This document shows, in pieces, positions 23,975-35,993 of a DNA stretch of 64,000 nt. The stretch is from positions 112,334,946-112,398,945 of the forward strand of contig NC_068982.1 of assembly GCF_001194135.2 (NCBI RefSeq), read 5' to 3'. This DNA is from Octopus bimaculoides. Its lineage: Eukaryota. The stretch's first letter is position 1, and every line of letters starts with the position of its first letter. The position numbers and the translations under genes were made by a program. The notes below the pieces were generated by a model. It saw only the letters and a list, made by a program, of their open reading frames with translations. It did not search any database and had not been told where the DNA came from.

Positions 23975-25060
23975 TTTCTATTTCCCTGAACGTGAAACTA
24001 AAATTTGGATTATATTTTATTTGGTCTTTTGTGTTATTATCTTTATGGTTAGTAAACTTATATCGTTCCGATTTTCTCTAAAGAGTGTCACCTGAAACTT
24101 TGGGTTCTCTCCCATTTCTTTTCATTCGGCGTATATATTTCCATTGTATGCAAGTATTTTTCCCACGTGTTTTGATAGTCAAATGTCATGTATTGTTCGT
24201 GGCTTGGTCTCCTTATCATCTTCCACATTGTACTTGTGCGTTTTTATCTAACTAGCTAACTAACTCTCTCTTGCACTATAACTCTCTCTAACTCACCCAC
24301 CTATACTTTATCGTGTTGTTATTCTGTTATTCTGAGGGTATTAGTCATGCTACAAAAAGAAAAAAAAGAAAGAAAGGAAGAAAATACACAGCGGATTGCA
24401 GTATCTCTCTAATTATTGAAACGCTGTAACATAACACACTGCAAAATCATAAATAACATACGAAGTACATCGTGCTCCAAAACGTCTTGTAATTGACTGC
24501 TATACACGCACATACATCCCTTCGATGATCATGCATATACACGAATAAATGATAAGTCCTAATGCTTTAATTGCTGATCAAACACGCTATATCTTCTTCC
24601 CTGATGAATACTTTCTGAAATACTTACATAGTTTTATAGAAAATAGATTTAATGTATATATTTTCTTAAACTGTTTTCTCTGGAGACCACGAATTCTCTG
24701 GGTGTACATGTTCGGAAGAAGCAAAAAAAAAATGTGTAAGTAGCATGTTGACTTGAAGCTCTATAGAAGCAAACAGTAAGATGTTCGTTCAACAGCCAAC
24801 AATTTTGAATGAAGTAGAATCAATAAACTAAGTCTCTCTTTAGCTGGTATTCACCTCCAAAGCGTTAATTTATTGCTCTTTTAATCAATATTTTTATTTA
24901 TTCTAATTTTCTTCCTTCATACATGTCTCGTACTTAATCATTTGTAGATTTTTTTTTTCAATTATTACCGAAGATATCTCATGTAGCTGAATATGAAAAA
25001 CCGTTTAGCAATATGATCTGAAATGGAATTCTTGTGGTATATTGTGTTTTGGTTAAACGG

Positions 25061-25110
<50 letters not shown>

Positions 25111-25930
25111 TAACAGGATACAAATTTCTTCTTCCTATGTTGTTTTACTATGCTCGAAGTTAAACTTCTCAATTACTTTCTTGAAAATTCTAGTATTTAT
25201 ATTGAAATTTATTACCGAAAGATGGATCCCTATAAAATAATATATACAAGCATACATATATACATGTATAAATAAAATATACACACGCGCACACACGCTC
25301 ACTCACGCGAATAAGTTGTTTTGTTTTGTAAATAATGTCCTATCTGTTTATTACGTAGTGTTCGAGCCATAACTAACTTTGGAGGTTTGGTAAGTTTGAT
25401 TTTTCGAAACGAAACATGTGAGTGTATAGTTTCCATTGAAATCAACCATATGTAAGGCGTAAAGTTACTTTAATGAATATAAAGTTCAATAACGTGATAA
25501 TGGAGAATAGAACTGACTGCATTACAAAATCCCTGAAATGATACGTATTAGTGTATTAATGTATTATATACGGTATTTTGTATTCCTTAAGAATAATAAT
25601 GGATGTAAACCGCCAGCTCTACAGGAATGATAACCAAGGTATTTTGATGTCTGCGTAATACCTGGTATATTTCTCATGTGTAAGTCTTCGATCTAGCTAA
25701 ACCGACAATACAGCTAATAATGGTAACAAGGTCGATAGATATTGGATTGGGGCCTCTAGTGAGCTTCTATCCTTCATTGCAAGAAGCAGAGGGGAATTCA
25801 TCTATTATATATATATATATTCGCAGATATATGTACATAAAATGCATATACATTTACATATGTACACATATATGCATATACATACAAACCCACAAACCCC
25901 CAAATATATATACATGTATATATGTACGAA

Positions 25931-25982
<52 letters not shown>

Positions 25983-27400
25983 ATGTGTGTACGTATAAGC
26001 TTAGATATGTTTCGGCCCAAAATTCGCCTACACCATGTCTAACTTTGTAGCACTTGTATTTGCTCGTGTCTGTGAGACACTAGAGAGATAGAGAAAAGGA
26101 GAGAGAAAGATAAAGTAAGATAGATAGACAGACAGACAGACAGATAGATAGACAGATAGATAGATATCTTTTTATTATAGCCACACAGGGCTAAATACAG
26201 AAAATGGACAAATTACAAAGTAGAGCTTTGGGGGNNNNNNNNNNNNNNNNNNNNNNNNNNNNNNNNNNNNNNNNNNNNNNNNNNNNNNNNNNNNNNNNNN
26301 NNNNNNNNNNNNNNNNNNNNNNNNNNNNNNNNNNNNNNNNNNNNNNNNNNNNNNNNNNNNNNNNNNNNNNNNNNNNNNNNNNNNNNNNNNNNNNNNNNNN
26401 NNNNNNNNNNNNNNNNNNNNNNNNNNNNNNNNNNNNNNNNNNNNNNNNNNNNNNNNNNNNNNNNNNNNNNNNNNNNNNNNNNNNNNNNNNNNNNNNNNNN
26501 NNNNNNNNNNNNNNNTTAAAGGTACATGAAAGTAAGTACCTTCTCTCTTTTTGTCTCTTTTTGTTACAAGTCTATGCTTAAAATGGTGTCGTCTTTCATT
26601 CTTACCATTCTTGCCACATTTACCCATTTTTTATTGAAACTTTCATTCGACAACACCTTCCTCTCTATCCTCATCCTCCTTTTCAAGTGGTACTTGAAAA
26701 AGTTGACGAGGGGCTGACCAGAGAGGAAAGTGTTTGTTTGTAGAGATAGATAGATAGATAGATAGATAGATACATACATACATACATACATAGGCTGATA
26801 GAAAGATAGAGAGGGAGAGAAAGAAAGAGAGAGGAGATAGATAAATAGAGATAGCGAGATAGAGGGAGGGAGAGGGAGAGAGGGGTAGAGAGAAGAGAGT
26901 GTATATGCGAGTGACAACGTTATTAACAGAGACTCTGAATCTAGATATTCGAAAGTTCATTGATCAACATGTGATTGTAACTTTAATATACACAAGCACA
27001 CTCACATACACATACATACATAAACACATGTACACAATCTCACAGAAGAATAGAAATAATGTTAACATGTCTCCCGTATCGATTTCAGAAGGTGTTCACG
27101 GTTGATTAAATCGACTTCACTACTTAACTGGTACTTGTGTAAACAGACTCGTAGTCTGAAATAGGTGACAACTAATCCAGAGAAAAGCAGTACTGCGAGA
27201 GTTAACACGAATCATTTAAAAATATATAGCTCATAACTTTGTGTTATGTAGTCCGTAGCCCATGACTTGTACATTGCTCTCTGACACTAACTTGTGTAGA
27301 AAACATGTTTAAATATGTATGTATGCATGTATATATGTATGAATATGTATATATATATGTGTTTGCCACCTTGGAATCCTCTGTGTAGTTGGTTGATCCA

Positions 27401-27456
27401 CTACTCAGGAAGAGACTATTCTAGAGTACGTCCTGTCTGGTCTTCGAAACGTCTAG
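27401..27456 (+). ncRNA. Decayed minimal hammerhead relic
   Basis: cta-CTCAGGA-a-gagac...gtcttc-GAAA-CG-TC-tag. GAAACGTC with ACGT palindrome and GUC triplet intact; stem II gagac/gtct(t)c; 5' core has one substitution relative to CUGANGA. Confidence 0.3.
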
Positions 27457-27961
27457 ATAGAATAGAGACAGCTGATGAAGGGATATTCCAAGGTGCTTTC
27501 CGTTTTCCTATGTGTTCGTTCCGTTGTCTGTAGTTTATTGTTCTAACGTCCTGTACCCTGATATGCATGTATATACACATGTAGATGTAAGTATGTACAT
27601 ATATGTGTGTATACATGTATATATATTCTTTGTATTATTATATATATATATATATATANNNNNNNNNNNNNNNNNNNNNNNNNNNNNNNNNNNNNNNNNN
27701 NNNNNNNNNNNNNNNNNNNNNNNNNNNNNNNNNNNNNNNNNNNNNNNNNNNNNNNNNNNNNNNNNNNNNNNNNNNNNNNNNNNNNNNNNNNNNNNNNNNN
27801 NNNNNNNNNNNNNNNNNNNNNNNNNNNNNNNNNNNNNNNNNNNNNNNNNNNNNNNNNNNNNNNNNNNNNNNNNNNNNNNNNNNNNNNNNNNNNNNNNNNN
27901 NNNNNNNNNNNNNNNNNNNNNNNNNNNNNNNNNNNNNNNNNNNNNNNNNNNNNNNNNNNNN

Positions 27962-27992
<31 letters not shown>

Positions 27993-28059
27993 TACATATA
28001 TACATATATATATATATACAGATATATATGTGTGTATGCATGTATGTATGTACGATTGG

Positions 28060-28060
<1 letters not shown>

Positions 28061-28152
<92 letters not shown>
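28061..28152. repeat. (CA)21(TA)14(TG)11 self-complementary compound microsatellite
   Basis: Direct count. 28081-28152 is a perfect 72-bp palindrome. Confidence 0.9.
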
Positions 28153-28153
<1 letters not shown>

Positions 28154-28159
28154 TTGAGG

Positions 28160-28280
28160 GACCATAGCCTAGTGATTAGGGGTGGTGTACTCACGATCGC
28201 TACATCGAGGTTTCAGATCGTAAACTGAGCCGTTTCCAATCATGGCCTGAGCAAAACACTTGATCTCACGCTGTTCTGGG
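28160..28280 (+). mobile_element. tRNA-derived SINE head (third family), degenerate
   Basis: agcctagtgattaggg..tgtactcacgatcg...aggtttcagatc (A-box/B-box-like), then ctgagcaaaacacttgatctcacg. Confidence 0.4.
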
Positions 28281-28640
28281 AATACTTCGACATATTGAAG
28301 TGTATGCACACAATAATTATAAGTTAATTTGGTTTCAAATTTCTTGGCGTTTGTAGAAAATGGTAAATAATAATGTTCAAGAAACAACAAAAAAAAATGT
28401 TATCTTGAAATAATAATTTAATAAAACAAACTTCTAATTTGTATGAATTCTCCTTTTACTTCACTGTCATTTACTCCTTGCCCTGCTTCTGCTACCAAAC
28501 CTAGTATGCATCTCTCATCCCTTATGTTAATTCCCGCTCTCTGCATCTCTCTTTTTCTCTCTCTTCCTCTCCCGCTACACGACGGAAAGTGTAACTGGAA
28601 AATTTAACCAACCAACATTAGCTCATTATATAAAGATATA

Positions 28641-28855
28641 AGGCGGTGAGCTGGCAGAATCGTTAGCACTCCGGGAAAAATACTTAGCGACATTTCGTCT
28701 GTCTATATGTCCTGAGTTCAAAGTCCGCTGTGGTGGACTTTGCCTTACGTCTCTTCGGGGTTGATAAAATAAGTGCCAGTTGAACACGGGTCGATGTAAT
28801 AGACTTAACTACTCACTTACAAAAATTTGCTGGTCTAGTGCCAACATTTGAAATC
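28641..28855 (+). mobile_element. SINE family 1, full-length (~215 bp)
   Basis: aggcggtgagctggcagaatcgttagcac...ctgagttcaaa.tccgc...gactttgcctt...cggggttgataaaataagt...gggtcgatgtaat...aaatttgctgg...tttgaaatc. Same pattern at 42620, 48638, 50135, 59705, 60341 and 60676. Confidence 0.7.
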
Positions 28856-31336
28856 ATTTTTATATATGTATGTGTGTTTGTATATCTACATACATATATC
28901 CTTTTAGTTTCTATCCCTTTTGTTTTTTACTTGTTTCAGTCATTGGTCTACTGTCGCGCCTTGATGGGTTTAGTCGATTTTATTCATTTTATTTAAGCCT
29001 GTCATTGCTGAACCTCATTATTACAAGATCCTGAACGAGCCAACGCTGGTTTATCTATCGGAGTGAGATAAGTCCAGAAATGCACACGCAAAGCACTCTC
29101 CAAACTACCACACGTCAACAAATATACTTGCAAAGTGTGGGTCGATTCGAGCCAGTAGTAGAAGGTACTTGTCGTAGGTGCTATAAAAGAATTAACGAAG
29201 CTAATTTTATCAATTAGGGAGCACAAAACACCATTAAGTCTTTTGTATCCAATCTAAGGCTAGTGAGGGCGATGCTTTGAAAGTTCAGTTTGAGTTTACA
29301 CAAACTGTTATCTACTTAGGGAATATGCAAATAACTTAAAACTGCAAAGCAAAGTGTTTTGTGCAGCATTTGTAGGGTGGAACACGGTTAGGACGAGCGC
29401 AAGAGAAATCTGTGTAACGATGTGAAATGACTACGACCAGGAATTAAAGCGAAATTGCGGTCTCGGCTGACAGGATGTTTGCTTCCACTCTATGTGGCTC
29501 ATCAACCACTCACTGTCTGAAATGCTAATTGATCCATTAATCTATAATTTAGATGGCAACTAGATGAACATTTAAAATGGTGAATGCAAAAATATCAAAC
29601 GGAACTATCTTAACTTAGTTTATCAATAACAATTGATCAAAGATTTATGAGCAAAGTGAACGTAAATGATAAATAATACGTACTACGTCTAATTAGTTTA
29701 CGAAGCTAAATTTTCCAGCTTATTTAATTAATAATGGGAAACTTTCGGCGTGTTAATTAAAACCTGAGCATGTTTTACGAAACCCTTTTTTTTCCTGAAC
29801 GTAGTGTAAAGATAACATAATATAGTTTACATTATGAGTACATAATGACTTCTGAGTAATTAGAAGTACTTGAGAGAAAATAATTTTATGAAATATACAG
29901 GTTATTTTAATTGAATAGATAATATTTACTTAAACATGATTTATTGATTAAAAAGTACCAGAGTACCGAAGGAATCATTAATTCACGATGCTTGGAGTTA
30001 TACTAATTTGATCTATATCCTATCTTAATTTTCTGACGAACAAAACAGTAAAAAAATCTGGTGATGCACCACCAAACAAGTGCTACACCTAATAATTACC
30101 ATAGAAACGACACGAAAGGCAGGAATCTACAACCGACTGTACGTGTGTGTGATCTCACATAGATCATAGCCGTTACAATTAGTACCATGTACCATTTAGT
30201 CGCTACTTGTTTTAGGTATCTCCCCATGTTGCAAAACAAGCCGAGAAGAGTGGGTCGGTAATACTTGAGTGACGAACAAAGGTCATTATAGCAAGTGCAG
30301 TAAAAACAGACAGAAAAGTCATCACGCTTGTGGGCCGGAGGCTACACAGAGTCACATATATTGTGAAAAATTTCATATAAGTCAATTGAGTGAACTTTCG
30401 CTGTATGCTATCCGGGGTATCTGTGTGTGTGTATGTATGCATATATTAGCGCATATATTTGTGCTTGTACGCATGTAAAACATTTACGCCATACCGAGAT
30501 AACGCTTTTGTACTTTATATTTAGTGGTGCAAAATGTATAAAATGTAATACTGCATATCTTTTTTTAAAAGAGGAAAACCCATAAAAGAAGGAAAATAAA
30601 GCAGAGCAACCCAGTTATACTGTGAAAAAGAAAATGCACAGCAGTTATTTCATTTTTAATAGCTTACTGGCTCTTTTTGTAGTCCTCCCAGAAGATGAAG
30701 TGACAGTTTTTGCTCAAAGTGCTCTCTCATTATTAATACATGTGTAAGTCTACTAGGGTTCCTTCTAACTAAAACATGACAGCTTTGGCAACATAGAGAA
30801 TGTCAGAGAAATTTTCTAAAGTGTTCTCACCTGCATTAGCAAGCAATCCAAAGGCGTGTGAAGATTTTAAATATTGGAAAGCCTCCACTTATTTTATTTC
30901 ATTAACCCCATACCCATTTTTGTAAATTACAAGCTTTGTTATTGTTACTACTGCTTTCGTTGATGCTGGTGCTGCTTAGCCGTAGTCTGGCCCTATAGAT
31001 TCATGATGAAATGTGTTCCAGCCGTAATCGTTTCGTATTGACATAGAGTACATCGAGCAGACGATGTCCCTTATAAAACTTAGCAACGAATTAACCTATG
31101 CAAATATGCATACATACACGCACGCAAGCGAGCACGCACACGCACTCATACATATATATAAATAATTATACCTTTATCTATGTATGTGAGTGTATGCCTC
31201 TCCTGTGTGAGAGTGCATATGTATATATGAGTCTGGCTATCATAACTATAATCCCTGACATACGCTCTAGGCTAACTGGGACTTTTGCCAATACACACGC
31301 ACAGGTGTACACATATGCTTATATATATGTGCGCGC

Positions 31337-31380
<44 letters not shown>

Positions 31381-31508
31381 TTGTGTACATATAAACGTAT
31401 GTTTGAGTAGCCAATCTATGTCTCTAAATTTCACAGAAATAAGCACATGCACACACTCACACACACACGCGCACGTATACACCCATACACACGCGCACTC
31501 ACATACAC

Positions 31509-31572
<64 letters not shown>

Positions 31573-32104
31573 GTAAAAGAGGGGCAGAAACTGCGTTGAC
31601 AGCAATAATAATAATAATAATCTTTCCAGGAGAGTTTGTCAATAAGTGGCGTTCGTTTGAGGGGTGGAAGAGCCTCCGTTGAATGCGTTTGCGTTCAACA
31701 CATTGGATATGTTTCATATCACACACAGCAACCAAACTTCTTGACAACTTCACACAGTCATAAAGAACTTTGAACATGACATAAGTATAATTGTAGAACT
31801 ATAACAACCAGTGAAGTGGAAGATGGACTTCTGTGTCGGAGATTTCAGTGATTATTTGACAAACAAGTGAGAGAAGAAGCAAAAGATCGTCTAACAGGTT
31901 GGAAAAATATTTAGAAGAGTGAGTACTAGGTTGTCAGCTGAAATGAAGTCCACTTGCATATTCTGAACTAACGATATAATTATATCAAGGTGTGCACAAA
32001 GCAGCACGTGCAGAGACATGCACACACATATATGCGCACGCGTGCGTGTATATGTATGTATATATGTGTGTGTGCGTGTGTTTGTGTATTTATGTGTAGG
32101 TATA

Positions 32105-32137
<33 letters not shown>

Positions 32138-32231
32138 GTATGTATATATATATACATACATATGCATATATATACGTACACACACATATATATATATACT
32201 TATATATGCATACACACGCACACGCGCGCGC

Positions 32232-32267
<36 letters not shown>

Positions 32268-32615
32268 NNNNNNNNNNNNNNNNNNNNNNNNNNNNNNNNN
32301 NNNNNNNNNNNNNNNNNNNNNNNNNNNNNNNNNNNNNNNNNNNNNNNNNNNNNNNNNNNNNNNNNNNNNNNNNNNNNNNNNNNNNNNNNNNNNNNNNNNN
32401 NNNNNNNNNNNNNNNNNNNNNNNNNNNNTGTATATGTATGTATATATGTGTGTGTGTATGTACATGAACATTAATAACTGCAACGTATATGTCCAGTATC
32501 TTTTGCGTCGTTTAATGTTGTGACGAGAAAATTGATTGTTGTTCAGCGCTCTGACACAAAGCGGACAAATGATATTAACCACTCTGAAGACGTATAAACA
32601 AATGATGTCTTTGAA

Positions 32616-32621
32616 AATAAC

Positions 32622-32686
<65 letters not shown>

Positions 32687-32700
32687 TGATAATAATAATG
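32616..32700. repeat. (AAT)n microsatellite
   Basis: Direct reading. Confidence 0.9.
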
Positions 32701-34018
32701 ATAGGTTTACGCTCTATATTCATATTAACCTCAATTGTTTGCGTTAACGAAACTTGAAAATCAAGGGGCCAGACAATATGATGACATAAATTTTGTGTAT
32801 GGAATTTTAATAATTCCCTTATCTATACAATAGTCAATATAAATAATAGATGAATGCTCTAAATATATAATAAATATATAAATTATATATTCCACATTTT
32901 GTTAATATAAATGATCACTAAATATTTAGTGATCGCAACAATAATTCTAATTTTGGCATATTTGGAATTATAAACAATATGTTTTCCTCAAGGTTTTGTT
33001 TTATTTTTTTTGTCAGCAGTAAACAAAACCAAGAATCTGTCTATTTACTTGCAAGACATACTGATTTGAGAGACTGTAATAATAAGTCTATAGAAGTAGA
33101 TCCGCATTGGCATTTACTTGTCGCGAGCCTGCTGGTGAGCGATGTTTAATGGTATTGCTTGTTACTTTTTTAAAACTTTATATGCACAAATAATGATTTC
33201 TTATATGTCCAAATAATATAAAAGGAAAACACGCCATGTTTTCATTAAGCCGTTAGCATTCCTTTGCACAAAGTAATCTGAAAGCGCGTGGTTTCTATAA
33301 GGATATGTCTTTTTTTTTTCTTCTTCCCAATTAAGAGAATATATAGTAAAACGAATGAAGAACAGCTCAGAGATCTACACAATACTGAGCATATTATATA
33401 TCCATGCTTACGCACATCATGAAAATCCATATAGGCAATGAAAACATGCATAGTCAGAAAAAAAAACAGCAATACATTTATATATACGCACAGAAATACA
33501 CACCTGAAGCATATGGAGAAAATAATTTGGAAATACAGTGAATGAAGACGACATTGAGATTGTGTAGGGAATAAAGAAAATAATCTATAATGATCGCATT
33601 TACCATAGCTCTTTATGTCTTCACGTACTGGTTTCTAACAGTAAACATGCTAGTGATTCAAGAGTGGAAAACGATATGAGATTGTGCCGTCTTCATTTCC
33701 TTCACGACTGAATTTGTTGGCATAAACATGTTGTAGCTATAAGTGGAAATTGTAGTCGATACCAGAACGGACAGCACTGGTCATGATAAGAGAGACACGA
33801 ACTTGAGATTATTGTTTGCTCTTTGAAAGTACGATGCAGTTATTGGGAGAAGAAAATATTTTACGCTGTTCGGGAGCAGCCATAAACTTCCTCTAGATAC
33901 AGTTTGTGTTTACAGAATGGAAACTCAACTATACCCTTTCCACAAAACCCTGAGATCGGAGCAGGTGTTGAAAAGATCTTAAGCATAGGAAAAGTTTAAA
34001 GGAGTTATGTATATACAT

Positions 34019-34124
<106 letters not shown>

Positions 34125-34534
34125 GTATTTATATATATGCAGCATATAATGTAACCAAGTAGAAAGGAATTATAGTTACACATAGTCTACATCCAAACAA
34201 TATATTCTCAAGATTCATTCTGATACATATATTCCAGATGTATGAAAACAACAAAATGCATTACAATTAGATGGAAATGATTCTTCTTACGAAACCACTT
34301 CTTGGCGGATCAATTGATTGCTTATAAATGCTATTGATCATCGCAAATACTTTCTTTTGATTTAACTTTTTAACATTCTTTTAAACAAAAACAAATACAT
34401 ATATACAAAAACAAATATATATATACATATATATACATATAGATACGTGGGGTTGTATTGTTGGAGGTTGGTTTAACTAGTCGAAAACATCGCAGTGACC
34501 GTATAAAATATTTTTGCTTTAGAATACTATAGTA

Positions 34535-34617
<83 letters not shown>

Positions 34618-35141
34618 NNNNNNNNNNNNNNNNNNNNNNNNNNNNNNNNNNNNNNNNNNNNNNNNNNNNNNNNNNNNNNNNNNNNNNNNNNNNNNNNNNN
34701 NNNNNNNNNNNNNNNNNNNNNNNNNNNNNNNNNNNNNNNNNNNNNNNNNNNNNNNNNNNNNNNNNNNNNNNNNNNNNNNNNNNNNNNNNNNNNNNNNNNN
34801 NNNNNNNNNNNNNNNNNNNNNNNNNNNNNNNNNNNNNNNNNNNNNNNNNNNNNNNNNNNNNNNNNNNNNNNNNNNNNNNNNNNNNNNNNNNNNNNNNNNN
34901 NNNNNNNNNNNNNNNNNNNNNNNNNNNNNNNNNNNNNNNNNNNNNNNNNNNNNNNNNNNNNNNNNNNNNNNNNNNNNNNNNNNNNNNNNNNNNNNNNNNN
35001 NNNNNNNNNNNNNNNNNNNNNNNNNNNNNNNNNNNNNNNNNNNNNNNNNNNNNNNNNNNNNNNNNNNNNNNNNNNNNNNNNNNNNNNNNNNNNNNNNNNN
35101 NNNNNNNNNNNNNNNNNNNNNNNNNNNNNNNNNNNNNNNNN

Positions 35142-35200
<59 letters not shown>

Positions 35201-35837
35201 TAAAGAGAGAGTCAGACGGAGATAAAGAAAGAGAATCCGTGTCATATAACAGTAGCGTGGTATTGTTCTAAATCGATATTTCTAGTTCCTACTCTGTGTA
35301 TAATGCTTCACTATCGTTACCTGGTCGTTAGGAGTCATTTTGCTCATAAATGTTAGTATGAGTAGCAAAAGATATTCTTAATTAACAAGAGATACAAAAT
35401 GAATTTTTCTTATATCATCATATTATGAAACGTCAAGCAAAAGACTTTTGCTTCCTACAGTGTATCTTCTCATTAATCAATTTGTTGTACTATACTATGT
35501 GTATTCTGCATCCCTTCCAGGCTATATAATCCAAGTTAGCACGTAACCAACCGAACAGAAAGCAACCGGTGCCAATACAGACGTTGTGTTTCCTTTAGAA
35601 CAATTCTTAATTGTATTATAACCAATTTAGACAGAGAAACGCTATTTTATTTTTGCTAAAATCTAATTAATTTTCTATTTCTTTCAGTCTTCTGTTAAAG
35701 TTTAATGATTTTTCAATTTTCTATTTATTATTGTTACATCTTCATTCTCCTAGTTTAACCAGCTTCTTTCTTCTCTATTTCAAACATTTGTTTTGATTTT
35801 CGATTTGTAGAATTGGAACAAAGAACATTCTCTCGTC

Positions 35838-35993
35838 GAAGTTTCTATATAATGATGTAGCAAAGGGACCGTTCATTGAAGATTGTGTGCAAAGATGTTA
35901 AAGGATCGTTCATTTGAGTTGTATATAATGATGTTGTTAAGAGCTCTTTCATTAAAGATTTTCTATAAGTATGTTGCTAAGGGATCTCTCATT
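35838..35993 (+). repeat. Degenerate minisatellite, 4 units of 37-40 bp
   Basis: Units 35838-35877, 35878-35914, 35915-35953 and 35954-35993. Approximate consensus gaagtttctatataatgatgttgctaagggatcgttcatt. Confidence 0.7.

Noticed and set aside
27472-27500. CTGATGAagggatattcc as an independent hammerhead
   Set aside because: No downstream GAAA/UH element.
31705-31724. Resemblance to miR-190 (gatatgttt.atat)
   Set aside because: Only a partial match with an internal mismatch, and no pre-miRNA-length hairpin.
35838-35993. CRISPR-like periodicity
   Set aside because: Whole units are similar to each other, with no conserved repeat/unique spacer alternation; eukaryotic context; no cas genes.
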